Positions 8,946 to 17,956 are shown, counted from the first letter of the stretch. The stretch is DNA of 64,000 bases from Clostridia bacterium (GCA_045646985.1 JAZRLV010000094.1:10158-74157); one strand, 5' to 3'. The notes: a model not told the origin generated them from the letters alone. Translations and numbers: made by a program.

Positions 8946-9875
8946 TTATTCAGCCTTATTTTTATAAAGAAATGCTGCTCCGATTATTCCTGCATCTCCG
9001 CCAATTTCAGAGGCAACAACCTCGGGGATTTTTATCCCCTGTGCACGGTAGCAGTTCTCTGCCACGTATTTACGAATAGGCTCCATAATAACATCGCCTT
9101 CTTTTGAAATTGCGCCGCCCACAACAATTTTATCAGGCTGAAAAATGTTTACCATATCGGTAATTCCTATCGCAACCTCTTCAATCCACTCGTCACGAAC
9201 ACGACGTGCCTCTTCATCACCCTGCTTTGCATATTCAAAAACTGTTCTTCCTGAAATTGTTTCATCAGGAGAAATAGATTTTATACGTTCACGGTTTTCA
9301 CGGGTAAGATTTATAAGTCCCGTTACTGACGCATATGCCTCCCAACAGCCTTTACGTCCGCAACCGCACTGTCTGCCCCCTGCATGGGTAACAATATGAC
9401 CAAGCTCTGCACCGATACCATTAGCACCTATAAAAAGCTTTCTGTCAATAATTATACCGCCGCCTATGCCTGTGCCTAATGTAACAAATACAAAATCGGA
9501 AGCACTCTCGGCTTTATAAAATTCTCCAAGCGCAGCACAGTTTGCATCGTTATCAACCAAAACCGGCACATCTGCAAGATTTTTTTTGAAAAATTCTCCC
9601 GCAGCTGCATTGTTGTACGGGATATTGGTCGCTTCTATTAAAACAGCTTTTTCTCTGTCGCAAGCTCCCGGCGCACCGATACCGATTGCCTTAATATCTT
9701 TTTCCGATACGTCTGATTGCTTCATTGCTCCTTTTACAGCTTCAAGCATTGCGTTTAAAAAATCTTCGGTATTTGTAAGAGGGGTAGGAACGGCATGTTT
9801 TGCCAAAATTTCACCATTTTCTGTAACGATACCCGCCTTAATACTCATTCCACCTATATCAATTCCTATGTACAT
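8946..9875 (-). CDS. glcK: ROK family glucokinase
   Basis: 309 aa; N-terminal IGIDIGG; ROK Zn motif GHIVTHAGGRQCGCGRKGCWE. Confidence 0.8.
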   Translation of the reverse strand: MYIGIDIGGMSIKAGIVTENGEILAKHAVPTPLTNTEDFLNAMLEAVKGAMKQSDVSEKDIKAIGIGAPGACDREKAVLIEATNIPYNNAAAGEFFKKNLADVPVLVDNDANCAALGEFYKAESASDFVFVTLGTGIGGGIIIDRKLFIGANGIGAELGHIVTHAGGRQCGCGRKGCWEAYASVTGLINLTRENRERIKSISPDETISGRTVFEYAKQGDEEARRVRDEWIEEVAIGITDMVNIFQPDKIVVGGAISKEGDVIMEPIRKYVAENCYRAQGIKIPEVVASEIGGDAGIIGAAFLYKNKAE

Positions 9876-9939
9876 ACAAATTCTCTCCTTGTTTCTTCTA
9901 TACAGATATTTTAATATATTTAAGATTGGGTGTCAATAC

Positions 9940-10932
9940 TCATATTTTATTCCAGGAACGTGGGACATATATACTGTTAAACGTATATACCGCAAAGCGG
10001 TCGCTCATTCCGGCAATATAGTCGCAAACTGCACGCTCCACACCTTCTGTCCAGGCAATTTCCTGCATAGACAGTGGCATTGCAGCAGGGTTTTCATAAT
10101 AATATTTGAATATTCCCTCAATTATCCCCTCAACCTTAGTTTCTTCTCTTTTTGCGTCAGACCCTACATACACGTATTCAAACATAAAGTTTCTAAGGCG
10201 ATTCATTGCCTCTTCAACTTCCTCTGACATCAGGATTTTATCCTTACCCATAGATTCCTTTACAATATCGCATACCAGAGTATTTATTCTTTGCGAGTGT
10301 GACTCGCCTAGCACATCCGTTATGATTTTAGGAATTGCGCTTTCAGAAATAATTCCCCCTCTGCATGCATCATCTATATCGTGATTTATATATGCGATTC
10401 TGTCAGCATATTTAAGGACTATCCCCTCAAGAGTGCTGGCTTCGCATTCCCCGGGGTGATTTACTATTCCGTCAAGCACCTCCCACGTGAGGTTAAGGTT
10501 TTCAAGCTTTTCTGCTGTACGCAGGCTCTGCTCGCTATGGCGAAAGCCCTTGCTGCATAATGAATCCAGTGCCCTTTCCCCGGCATGACCAAAAGGTGTA
10601 TGCCCTAAATCATGCCCCATTGCCATTGCTTCAACAAGGTCCTCGTTAAGTCGCAGACTGCGCACAATTGTCCTTGCAATCTGCGATACCTCCAATGTAT
10701 GGGTAAGGCGTGTTCTGTAATGGTCACCCTCCGGAGTGATAAAAACCTGCGTTTTATGCTTAAGACGGCGAAAAGATTTTGAATGTATAATCTTATCACG
10801 GTCACGTTGAAATTCCGTGCGCATATCGCACAAAGGACATGGCTCCTTGCGCCCTTTAGTGTTTTGTGAAAGCATCGCATAGGGGGAAAGAGTTTCCCTT
10901 TCAATTTTTTCTGTCTGCTGCCGTACAGTCAA
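9940..10932 (-). CDS. dgt: dGTP triphosphohydrolase-like HD-domain phosphohydrolase
   Basis: HD motif GHDLGHTPFGH; FQRDRDKIIHS; start ambiguous (TTG at 10950, TTG at 10932 with AAAGGTG RBS, or ATG at 10875). Confidence 0.75.
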   Translation of the reverse strand: MTVRQQTEKIERETLSPYAMLSQNTKGRKEPCPLCDMRTEFQRDRDKIIHSKSFRRLKHKTQVFITPEGDHYRTRLTHTLEVSQIARTIVRSLRLNEDLVEAMAMGHDLGHTPFGHAGERALDSLCSKGFRHSEQSLRTAEKLENLNLTWEVLDGIVNHPGECEASTLEGIVLKYADRIAYINHDIDDACRGGIISESAIPKIITDVLGESHSQRINTLVCDIVKESMGKDKILMSEEVEEAMNRLRNFMFEYVYVGSDAKREETKVEGIIEGIFKYYYENPAAMPLSMQEIAWTEGVERAVCDYIAGMSDRFAVYTFNSIYVPRSWNKI

Positions 10933-10954
10933 AAAAATCACACCTTTCAAACTA

Positions 10955-11021
10955 AAACAGGGTTATTTTTATAAACCACCAATATTATACAATAAATGGT
11001 TTATAAAAACAATCCCTGTTT
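10955..11021 (-). terminator. long AT-rich palindrome (24-bp arms, 18-nt loop) between pfkA and dgt: probable pfkA terminator or attenuator
   Basis: AAACAGGGTTATTTTTATAAACCA ... TGGTTTATAAAAACAATCCCTGTTT, followed on the minus strand by UUUUAGUUU. Confidence 0.35.
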
Positions 11022-11088
11022 GCTATTATATTAAATATTCTATATTTTTGTTGCCTTTTGCGGTCTGGGCTTTTTTTACATCCTTTTT

Positions 11089-12207
11089 TTAGTCGCCGAA
11101 GCTAACTCCCAAAGCCTTTGCCATCTGAACAAGCTCGCCCTTGGGGTCTACCTGCTTGTTTTCCTGACCTATTACCTCTTCAAGCGATGCATAGTCAATC
11201 TTGTCATCCTTGAGAATAACCATATTTCCGAACTTACCTTCCATAGCAAACTCAACCGCAGCATATCCGTATCTTGATGAAAGCACTCTATCCTGAGCGG
11301 CAGTTGTGCCGCCACGCTGTGTATGACCAAGAATTGTTGAACGTGCCTCATTGTTGCAAAGTGCCTCAAGCTGGTCTGCAACAACATTTGCTATACCGCC
11401 AAGACGGATAGGGTCGGGACTATCCTCACGAATTTTAAGAACAACTGCCTCGCCATCCTTGGGCTTAGCACCCTCTGCAACAGCAACGATAGCAAAATCC
11501 TTACCTGCTTTAAAATCAGCCTTGATTTTATCTGCAACCTTGTTTATATCATAAGGAATTTCGGGAATAAGAATAGCATCTGCCGCACCTGCGATACCGC
11601 CGTGAAGCGCAAGATGACCTGCACCTCTTCCCATAAGCTCTACAACCATAATTCTGCTATGGCTTCTGCCTGTTGTTCTGATTTTATCAAGAGATTCTGC
11701 GATTGTGTTTACAGCAGTGTCAAATCCAAACGTATAGTCTGTGCAGTTAAGGTCATTGTCAATCGTTTTTGGAATACCGATTACATTTACACCCATACGT
11801 GAAAAGTCACGTCCGCTTGTAAGTGTACCGTCGCCGCCTAAGATAAAGAGCGCATCAATACCCTCTTCCTTAAGATTTTTAACGGCTACTTCAGAAACGT
11901 TCTCGTATACAATTTCCCCGTCTTTTTTTACGATATCTCCGTTTTCATCACGAACAGGATATTTGAAAAGATTATCCTTGTTTGAGCTTTTAAGGATTGT
12001 ACCGCCCTCACTAAGGATATCCTGAACGTTTTCAAGTGTCAGCTTAACAAAATCCTTGTGGTAAAGACCGTGATATCCTCTTCTTATACCCACAACTTCA
12101 AGATTATATTTTACTATAGCAGTTTTTGTGACTGCACGTATTACCGCATTAAGTCCAGGACAGTCACCTCCGCCGGTAAGAATAGCAATTTTTTTGATTT
12201 CCGCCAT
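11089..12207 (-). CDS. pfkA: ATP-dependent 6-phosphofructokinase
   Basis: 372 aa; GGGDCPGLNA, GGDGT, PKTIDND, MGR motifs; GGAGGAG RBS. Confidence 0.9.
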   Translation of the reverse strand: MAEIKKIAILTGGGDCPGLNAVIRAVTKTAIVKYNLEVVGIRRGYHGLYHKDFVKLTLENVQDILSEGGTILKSSNKDNLFKYPVRDENGDIVKKDGEIVYENVSEVAVKNLKEEGIDALFILGGDGTLTSGRDFSRMGVNVIGIPKTIDNDLNCTDYTFGFDTAVNTIAESLDKIRTTGRSHSRIMVVELMGRGAGHLALHGGIAGAADAILIPEIPYDINKVADKIKADFKAGKDFAIVAVAEGAKPKDGEAVVLKIREDSPDPIRLGGIANVVADQLEALCNNEARSTILGHTQRGGTTAAQDRVLSSRYGYAAVEFAMEGKFGNMVILKDDKIDYASLEEVIGQENKQVDPKGELVQMAKALGVSFGD

Positions 12208-12488
12208 TTATTACTCCTCCGTTCATAACTGGGATTATTTCTATTGTTCCCCGCCTCCGCTATAATACTACAATTATTTTTTAAATTCAAGCGATTTTTC
12301 TCTATATAATGAATTTTTGGAGATTTGGCATTGTTTCGGGGATTTTTGTTCTTTTTTTGTAAGAAAAAATTACCATTTTTTCATATTGAAACAGAGGGTT
12401 GCGATAAAACGAAAGTGAATTTTTCGTCTTTTGCAGCCCTCTTTTGTATATTAGTACCCTTTTTGCGTTCTGAACATTTTTTACATTC

Positions 12489-14918
12489 CTACTGTGCTTT
12501 TTCTATTTTAATTTCTCCATCCTGTTCTTTTACTGTTACACAATCTCCACTTTCAATTTTCCCGTCAAGCATTTCTTCGGCAAAAAGGTCCTCCACCTTT
12601 GAGACAATGGCACGTCTTAACGGGCGTGCGCCGTAGATTGGGTCAAAGCCTTCCTTTGCAAGCATTTTTACTGCACTCTCGTCAAACTGCGCATTAATCC
12701 CGTTTGATAAAAGTCTCTTTTTTAATCCCTCAAGCATTACTGTGGCAATGCGCTCAATCTCTTCTTCGCTAAGCTGCGAGAATACTATAATATCATCAAT
12801 TCTGTTCAGAAATTCAGGTCTGAACATTTTCTTAAGCTCGTCAGTAACATTGCTCCTGATATTTTTATTAATGCTTTCTCTGCTCTCGCTTTGCGTTGCA
12901 AAGCCGAGCGATTTAGGCTCTGATATACTGCGTGCGCCGACATTGCTTGTCATTATTATAACACAGTTTTTAAAATCTACCCGTCTGCCCTGGCTATCAG
13001 TAAGCTGCCCATCATCAAGAATCTGCAAAAGAATGTTGAAAACATCAGGATGTGCTTTTTCAATTTCATCAAAAAGCACAACGCTGTAAGGCTTGCGACG
13101 GATTTTTTCTGTAAGCTGTCCGCCCTCGTCAAAGCCTACATATCCCGGAGGCGAGCCAACCATCTTAGATACTGAATGCTTCTCCATATATTCAGACATA
13201 TCGATTCTGATAAGAGCATCCTCATCACCAAAAAGTGCTTCTGTAAGAGCTTTTGAAAGCTCTGTTTTTCCAACGCCCGTAGGTCCTAAGAATATAAACG
13301 AGCCAATGGGGCGCTTGGGGTCCTTAAGACCGACTCTTCCTCTGCGGATTGCACGTGATACGGCACTGACAGCCTCCTCCTGTCCGATAACCCTCTTATG
13401 CAGTACCTCCTCAAGATTTCTAAGTCTTTCGGATTCCTCCTGTGCAAGCTTTTTAACAGGAATTCCTGTCCAGCCTGAAATAACCTCGGCAATATCATCC
13501 TCGCTTATTTCACCTGCGCTTTGCGTTGTCTGATTTTTCCACGATTCACGCATTTTTTCAAGAGATTCCTTAAGCTCCTTTTCTTTGTCACGCAGTGTTG
13601 CCGCTTTTTCAAAGTCCTGACTGTTTATAGCCTCTTTCTTTTCTCCTGCGATAGATTCAAGCTCTTTTTCAAGCTCCTTAATGTCAGGCGGCAGTGTAAG
13701 CGCACCAAGGCGCACTCTGCTGCATGCTTCATCAATCAGGTCAATCGCCTTATCAGGTAAAAATCTGTCGGTAATATAGCGACTGCTCATTTTTGCAGCT
13801 GCCTCAATCGCATTGTCAGAGATTTTAACTCCGTGATGCGCCTCGTACTTTTCACGTATACCCTTTAATATCTGCACCGTTTCCTCTACGCTTGGCTCGC
13901 CAACGGTTACAGGCTGAAATCTGCGTTCAAGGGCAGCGTCCTTTTCCACGTATTTGCGATACTCGTTAAGGGTTGTTGCACCTATAAGCTGCAACTCCCC
14001 TCTGGCAAGTGACGGCTTTAAAATGTTAGATGCATCTATTGCACCCTCCGCAGCACCTGCACCTATTATAGTATGCATCTCATCTACAAAAAGGATAATA
14101 TTTCCTGCCTTTATAATTTCGTCCATAGCTTTTTTCAGACGTTCCTCAAATTCACCACGATATTTTGCACCTGCAATAACACTTGAAAGGTCAAGGGAAA
14201 ACACTCTTTTTCCTTTAAGCAGCTCCGGCACGTTGCCTGCTGCAATTTCCTGTGCAAGGCCTTCAGCAACCGCAGTTTTACCTACCCCTGGCTCGCCAAG
14301 AAGAACGGGGTTGTTCTTTGTTCTTCTTGAAAGAATCTGAATAACTCTGTCAATTTCCTTTTCTCTGCCGATTACAGGGTCAAATTTACCGCTTTTTGCA
14401 AGCTCGGTAAGGTCACGACCGAACTGATTAAGAGTAGGTGTATCCGCCCCTTTTTTAGAGCCTTGCTTCTGGCTTTGGGGAACCTCCTCTGTAAGAAGCT
14501 TTAAAATTTCTTCATAAAGATTTTGCGGTGCGCCAAAAGACATCAGAATTTTAAAAGCGACACTGTCACGCTCCCGTGCGAGGGCGAGCAGAATATGCTC
14601 TGTACCTATATATGCACTGCCGTTTTTATGTGCTTCTCCCACACTGTTTTGCAGACATCTGTTTGTTCTGGGGGTAAAGCCTGCAAAATTACCCGTTGAC
14701 GAAACATCCTGATTATATTTAACAATTTTTTCTTTAAGAGAATCTGCACCTATTCCCAAAGAAGAAAGATACTTTGCGGCAAATCCGCTGCCCTCCTCAA
14801 GTAATCCGTAAAGCAGATGCTCTGTACCTATATAATTACAGCCTGTAGACATGGCACATTCCTGCGAAAGGGAAATGGCACGTTGAGCCTTTTGTGTAAA
14901 TCTGTTTTCCATACTCAT
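12489..14918 (-). CDS. clpC: ATP-dependent Clp protease ATP-binding subunit ClpC
   Basis: 809 aa; Clp N-repeats, two AAA+ modules (GEPGVGKT, GPTGVGKT), UVR motif. Confidence 0.9.
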   Translation of the reverse strand: MSMENRFTQKAQRAISLSQECAMSTGCNYIGTEHLLYGLLEEGSGFAAKYLSSLGIGADSLKEKIVKYNQDVSSTGNFAGFTPRTNRCLQNSVGEAHKNGSAYIGTEHILLALARERDSVAFKILMSFGAPQNLYEEILKLLTEEVPQSQKQGSKKGADTPTLNQFGRDLTELAKSGKFDPVIGREKEIDRVIQILSRRTKNNPVLLGEPGVGKTAVAEGLAQEIAAGNVPELLKGKRVFSLDLSSVIAGAKYRGEFEERLKKAMDEIIKAGNIILFVDEMHTIIGAGAAEGAIDASNILKPSLARGELQLIGATTLNEYRKYVEKDAALERRFQPVTVGEPSVEETVQILKGIREKYEAHHGVKISDNAIEAAAKMSSRYITDRFLPDKAIDLIDEACSRVRLGALTLPPDIKELEKELESIAGEKKEAINSQDFEKAATLRDKEKELKESLEKMRESWKNQTTQSAGEISEDDIAEVISGWTGIPVKKLAQEESERLRNLEEVLHKRVIGQEEAVSAVSRAIRRGRVGLKDPKRPIGSFIFLGPTGVGKTELSKALTEALFGDEDALIRIDMSEYMEKHSVSKMVGSPPGYVGFDEGGQLTEKIRRKPYSVVLFDEIEKAHPDVFNILLQILDDGQLTDSQGRRVDFKNCVIIMTSNVGARSISEPKSLGFATQSESRESINKNIRSNVTDELKKMFRPEFLNRIDDIIVFSQLSEEEIERIATVMLEGLKKRLLSNGINAQFDESAVKMLAKEGFDPIYGARPLRRAIVSKVEDLFAEEMLDGKIESGDCVTVKEQDGEIKIEKAQ

Positions 14919-14943
14919 ATGTTGTTACCTCCTTAGCTAAAAA

Positions 14944-15954
14944 CTAATCATTCAGAGCGTTTTGCAGTATCTGCGCACGAGTGACATCACGCTCTTGCGC
15001 CGATTCGTCCTGAGATAAAAGAACAAGACTTGCAGGCATTGACGAAAACAACGCACTGCGCAAGCGATATGTGTCTATATTTTTTATTATTCCTGAATTT
15101 GCACCCATACAAACATTAGAAACAAGATTAAGTGCTTCACTGCTTGAAATCATATATGCATTTTTTAAAATCCCAAGACTTCTGAGACATTTATCTTTAA
15201 GCTCATACGGATTTTTTTCAAAAAGCTCAGCAGAAATTCTTCTTTCCTCGCTGATAAGACTGCACGCAGCGGCTGTAAACCTTGCGATAATATCTTTTTC
15301 ACCCGTTCCGAGAGTTATCTGATTTGATAGCTGAAACAGCGCTCCGCTTGCTTTTGAGCCTTCGCCATAAAGTCCACGCACTGTCATACCTAAGTTTGCC
15401 GCCCATTTTAAAAGCGGATTAACACGATGTGCCGCACTTATAGCTGGAAGGTGCAGCATCACAGATGCACGAAGCCCTGTACCTGCATTGGTAGGACAGC
15501 TCGTAAGGAATCCAAATTCTTCATCAACATCAAACGAAAGCTTTTCGCCCAACAATGCCTCAATTTTTTTTGCAGTATCATATGCACTTTCCGCATCAAG
15601 CCCTGCTCTGAATACCTGTAGACGAATATGGTCTTCTTCATTTATCATGATAGAAATTTTTTCGTCATTACTTATTATTGCCGCAGATGGCACTCTTGAA
15701 GCACAAATTTCCGTACTTATCAGATGTTTTTCAATCAATGACTTTTTTTCAAGCTCCGAAATCCTATTCATATCATAAAGCTTAAGCTCATTTTTAAGCG
15801 GAGAATTATCAAAAGCCTCCCAAACCTGTTTAATCAAATTCTGAGCATCCTGAAAAGACATTTTCCCGGGATAGGGAATACCGCTTATGTTTCTGGCAAG
15901 CCTGATTCTCGTACTTACAGCAATATCAATTTCATTTCCTGTATTCTTATTCAT
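14944..15954 (-). CDS. mcsB: protein arginine kinase McsB
   Basis: ATP:guanido phosphotransferase domain; start at MNKNTGNE overlapping the mcsA stop; ctsR-mcsA-mcsB-clpC synteny. Confidence 0.85.
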   Translation of the reverse strand: MNKNTGNEIDIAVSTRIRLARNISGIPYPGKMSFQDAQNLIKQVWEAFDNSPLKNELKLYDMNRISELEKKSLIEKHLISTEICASRVPSAAIISNDEKISIMINEEDHIRLQVFRAGLDAESAYDTAKKIEALLGEKLSFDVDEEFGFLTSCPTNAGTGLRASVMLHLPAISAAHRVNPLLKWAANLGMTVRGLYGEGSKASGALFQLSNQITLGTGEKDIIARFTAAACSLISEERRISAELFEKNPYELKDKCLRSLGILKNAYMISSSEALNLVSNVCMGANSGIIKNIDTYRLRSALFSSMPASLVLLSQDESAQERDVTRAQILQNALND

Positions 15955-15955
15955 T

Positions 15956-16426
15956 TTACTTGCCCTCCTTTTCACGGATTTTGTCACGCAGCATTGCAGC
16001 CTCTTCAAAATTTTCCTCGTTTATTGCATTTGCAAGCTTTTCACGCAAAATTTTAATCTCACTTTTCGCCTCTTTCTTCTGGGGCGTTTTTTCCTCTGCT
16101 TGCGGTGAGGGTGCATCAACATGCTTTGCTGTTCCGTGAATTTTTTTGAGCATCGCCTCTGTGTGCTTTCTGAAGGTTTTATAGCACTGTCCGCAGCCTG
16201 CCTTACCACGCCTTGTAAATTCAGAAAGCGTCATTGAGCAGCAGGGACAGACGGTATTTAAAATCTGCTCCCTTGTACCAAAGCTTAATAGAGAGCCAAA
16301 GTTATCAAATATAGATTCCTGCGAAGCACATGCTGAGCAAATATTGAGTGAGCTTTTCTGTCCGTTCACGATTTGTGTATACATTACTGTCGCATTGTTT
16401 TTACCGCATTTTTCACATAACATCAA
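15956..16426 (-). CDS. mcsA: McsA (CtsR/McsB modulator; zinc-finger + UVR motif)
   Basis: 156 aa; four CxxC motifs; C-terminal UvrB/C motif; operon position. Confidence 0.8.
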   Translation of the reverse strand: MMLCEKCGKNNATVMYTQIVNGQKSSLNICSACASQESIFDNFGSLLSFGTREQILNTVCPCCSMTLSEFTRRGKAGCGQCYKTFRKHTEAMLKKIHGTAKHVDAPSPQAEEKTPQKKEAKSEIKILREKLANAINEENFEEAAMLRDKIREKEGK

Positions 16427-16438
16427 AATCAGTCCTTC

Positions 16439-16894
16439 CTATCTGGAGCTATGAAGGCTCGTAATCATATTCTTAAAAATTCTTGCACGAAGTGCATCTC
16501 GCACATCCGGCGCAAAGGGGAGAACGTTGTTGTTTACAGCACCTAAGATAAGATGCGCCTCCCTCTGGGTTATACATTCATAATCTAAAAGATTCTGCAC
16601 AAATACCGCCGCCGTACGGTATGAAAGAGAGCTTCCGACAGCATTTACAATATGCATCGGATAATTTGTGCGCTCTGTACGTACACTGCGTATACGCACA
16701 CCGCCGCCACCACCTCTGCGGCTTTCAATAATATACCCTCTTTCGGGGGTAAACCTTGTTTGTATAACATAATTTATCTGACTGGGCACGCAGTTAAGCT
16801 CCCCCGCAAGATTATTTCGCTGTATTTCAATGCTGCCGCCGGCATCTTTAATCATCTCAAGAAGCAATTTTTCTATCGCATCCGACATATTCAT
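16439..16894 (-). CDS. ctsR: transcriptional repressor CtsR
   Basis: 151 aa; conserved CtsR HTH and Gly-rich wing RRGGGGGVRI. Confidence 0.9.
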   Translation of the reverse strand: MNMSDAIEKLLLEMIKDAGGSIEIQRNNLAGELNCVPSQINYVIQTRFTPERGYIIESRRGGGGGVRIRSVRTERTNYPMHIVNAVGSSLSYRTAAVFVQNLLDYECITQREAHLILGAVNNNVLPFAPDVRDALRARIFKNMITSLHSSR

Positions 16895-16920
16895 ACATCA
16901 GCACCTCTTTTTCGTTAATT

Positions 16921-16945
16921 TTTGACTTTGACTTTCTTTGACTTT
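16921..16945 (-). promoter_or_regulatory. CtsR operator: three tandem heptads (AGTCAAA GAA AGTCAAA GTCAAA on the minus strand)
   Basis: matches CtsR box consensus (A/G)GTCAAA-NAN-(A/G)GTCAAA; sits immediately downstream of the ctsR -10. Confidence 0.7.
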
Positions 16946-16974
16946 AATATAACACTTTGATTTTCATTTGTCAA
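16946..16974 (-). promoter_or_regulatory. sigma-A promoter of the ctsR operon (TTGACA-17-TATATT)
   Basis: hexamers read on the minus strand; AAAGAGGTG RBS 7 nt before the ctsR ATG. Confidence 0.5.
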
Positions 16975-17000
16975 GAGGTTTATGTAAAATTTTTAAAACA

Positions 17001-17039
17001 AAAAGACGATGTAAAAAGTCAATTTTTACATCGTCTTTT
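17001..17039 (-). terminator. rho-independent terminator (17-bp stem AAAAGACGATGTAAAAA / TTTTTACATCGTCTTTT)
   Basis: perfect long hairpin followed by a U-run on the minus strand; ends the cotF-like transcript upstream of the ctsR promoter. Confidence 0.55.
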
Positions 17040-17080
17040 GTCGGGATAGGAAAAAATAATGCAGACCGGCGATTCACACA

Positions 17081-17215
17081 TAACATTTTTAATTCGAAAT
17101 TCGAAGTTCGAAGTTCGAAATGATTGTGGGTTTTCGTTTTACGAAAACCTTCGTTAATTTCGCATTTCACACTTCGCATTTCGTATTTACATACTGCACT
17201 ACGGACATTTTTATA
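17081..17215. repeat. intergenic TTCGAA/TTCGCA octamer-repeat element, copy A
   Basis: (TTCGAARTT)x4 arm, central hairpin GGTTTTCG-TTTTA-CGAAAACC, then (TTCGCAYTT)x3 arm; related copies at 29485-29660 and 34140-34180. Confidence 0.5.
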
Positions 17216-17224
17216 TCCCCTCTT

Positions 17225-17641
17225 TTAGTACATACTATTTTTCTGCATATAATCGTAAAGCTGCTTACCGTGCTGCTGCTCTTCCTTCTGAATATGGTTA
17301 ATCTGCTGACGGATATTATCGTCTTTAAATTCAAACACGCACGTATCATAAAGATGCGATGCATGCTTTTCAGTGGCTAAAAGGTCACTTGCGAGAAACG
17401 CATCGTTCTTTTTTTCCTCAGTTTCCGCTGCCCCGTAAGTTTCTTTAATGATACTCTGCTGCGATGATGAAGAGCCGCCCGAGAGTGGGGGACACTGCCC
17501 GTTTTCAATCTGTGTGAGGGTGTTAAGATGTCCTCTTTCAACTTCGGCAATCTGATTGAGCATATCACGAAGCTGCACATCATTTGCCGCTAAAGCACTC
17601 TTTGTATATTTGTCGATACAAAGCTGTTCAGTGCTTTTCAT
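17225..17641 (-). CDS. spore coat protein, CotF-like (coat F domain)
   Basis: 138 aa; similarity pattern to coat F domain proteins; RBS spacing at the annotated ATG is poor, so the start is uncertain. Confidence 0.6.
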   Translation of the reverse strand: MKSTEQLCIDKYTKSALAANDVQLRDMLNQIAEVERGHLNTLTQIENGQCPPLSGGSSSSQQSIIKETYGAAETEEKKNDAFLASDLLATEKHASHLYDTCVFEFKDDNIRQQINHIQKEEQQHGKQLYDYMQKNSMY

Positions 17642-17671
17642 GTCCTTGATTAAATCCTGTTCTTTTTGTAT

Positions 17672-17949
17672 TAGTCATCGGAGAGTCGAACTACATATGC
17701 CTTATATTTGATAAATTCTTATTCTTTCAACTTGTCGTCCTTGAAAGGCGCCAGCCTATCAGCGTCCTCCGCATTGAAATCATATAAAATTTATCTAAAT
17801 ATAAGGTCGGAGAGTTTAAAAAGAGGAAATTTTGATATAAGACAAAGAAAATTCAAGAATAATACTGACGTATATTTGCAGAATTTTCTGCTGTATTATA
17901 CGAAATTTCCCTTTTTAAACCATACGTAGTTCGACTCTCCGATGACTAG
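17672..17949. mobile_element. MITE-like non-autonomous element: 23-bp perfect (28-bp with 1 mismatch) terminal inverted repeats TAGTCATCGGAGAGTCGAACTAC flanking about 230 bp of AT-rich non-coding DNA
   Basis: perfect inverted repeat at 17672-17694 and 17927-17949; element bounded by TA on both sides; no credible ORF inside. Confidence 0.4.
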
Positions 17950-17956
17950 CTACATA

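Noticed and set aside
9586-10227. 213-aa + strand ORF spanning glcK and dgt
   Set aside because: Antisense to two well-supported - strand genes; no RBS; Ser/Ile-rich low-complexity translation typical of a mirror frame
17081-17215. CRISPR array
   Set aside because: Repeat units are 8-9 nt contiguous microsatellite-like units without unique spacers, and no cas genes are present
17642-17700. sigma-K -10 (CATATGTA) for the coat gene inside the MITE inverted repeat
   Set aside because: Spacing deviates from CATANNNTA and no matching -35; too speculative
17708-17929. 73-aa TTG-start ORF inside the MITE-like element
   Set aside because: No RBS, TTG start, low-complexity product; region better explained as non-coding interior of an inverted-repeat-bounded element
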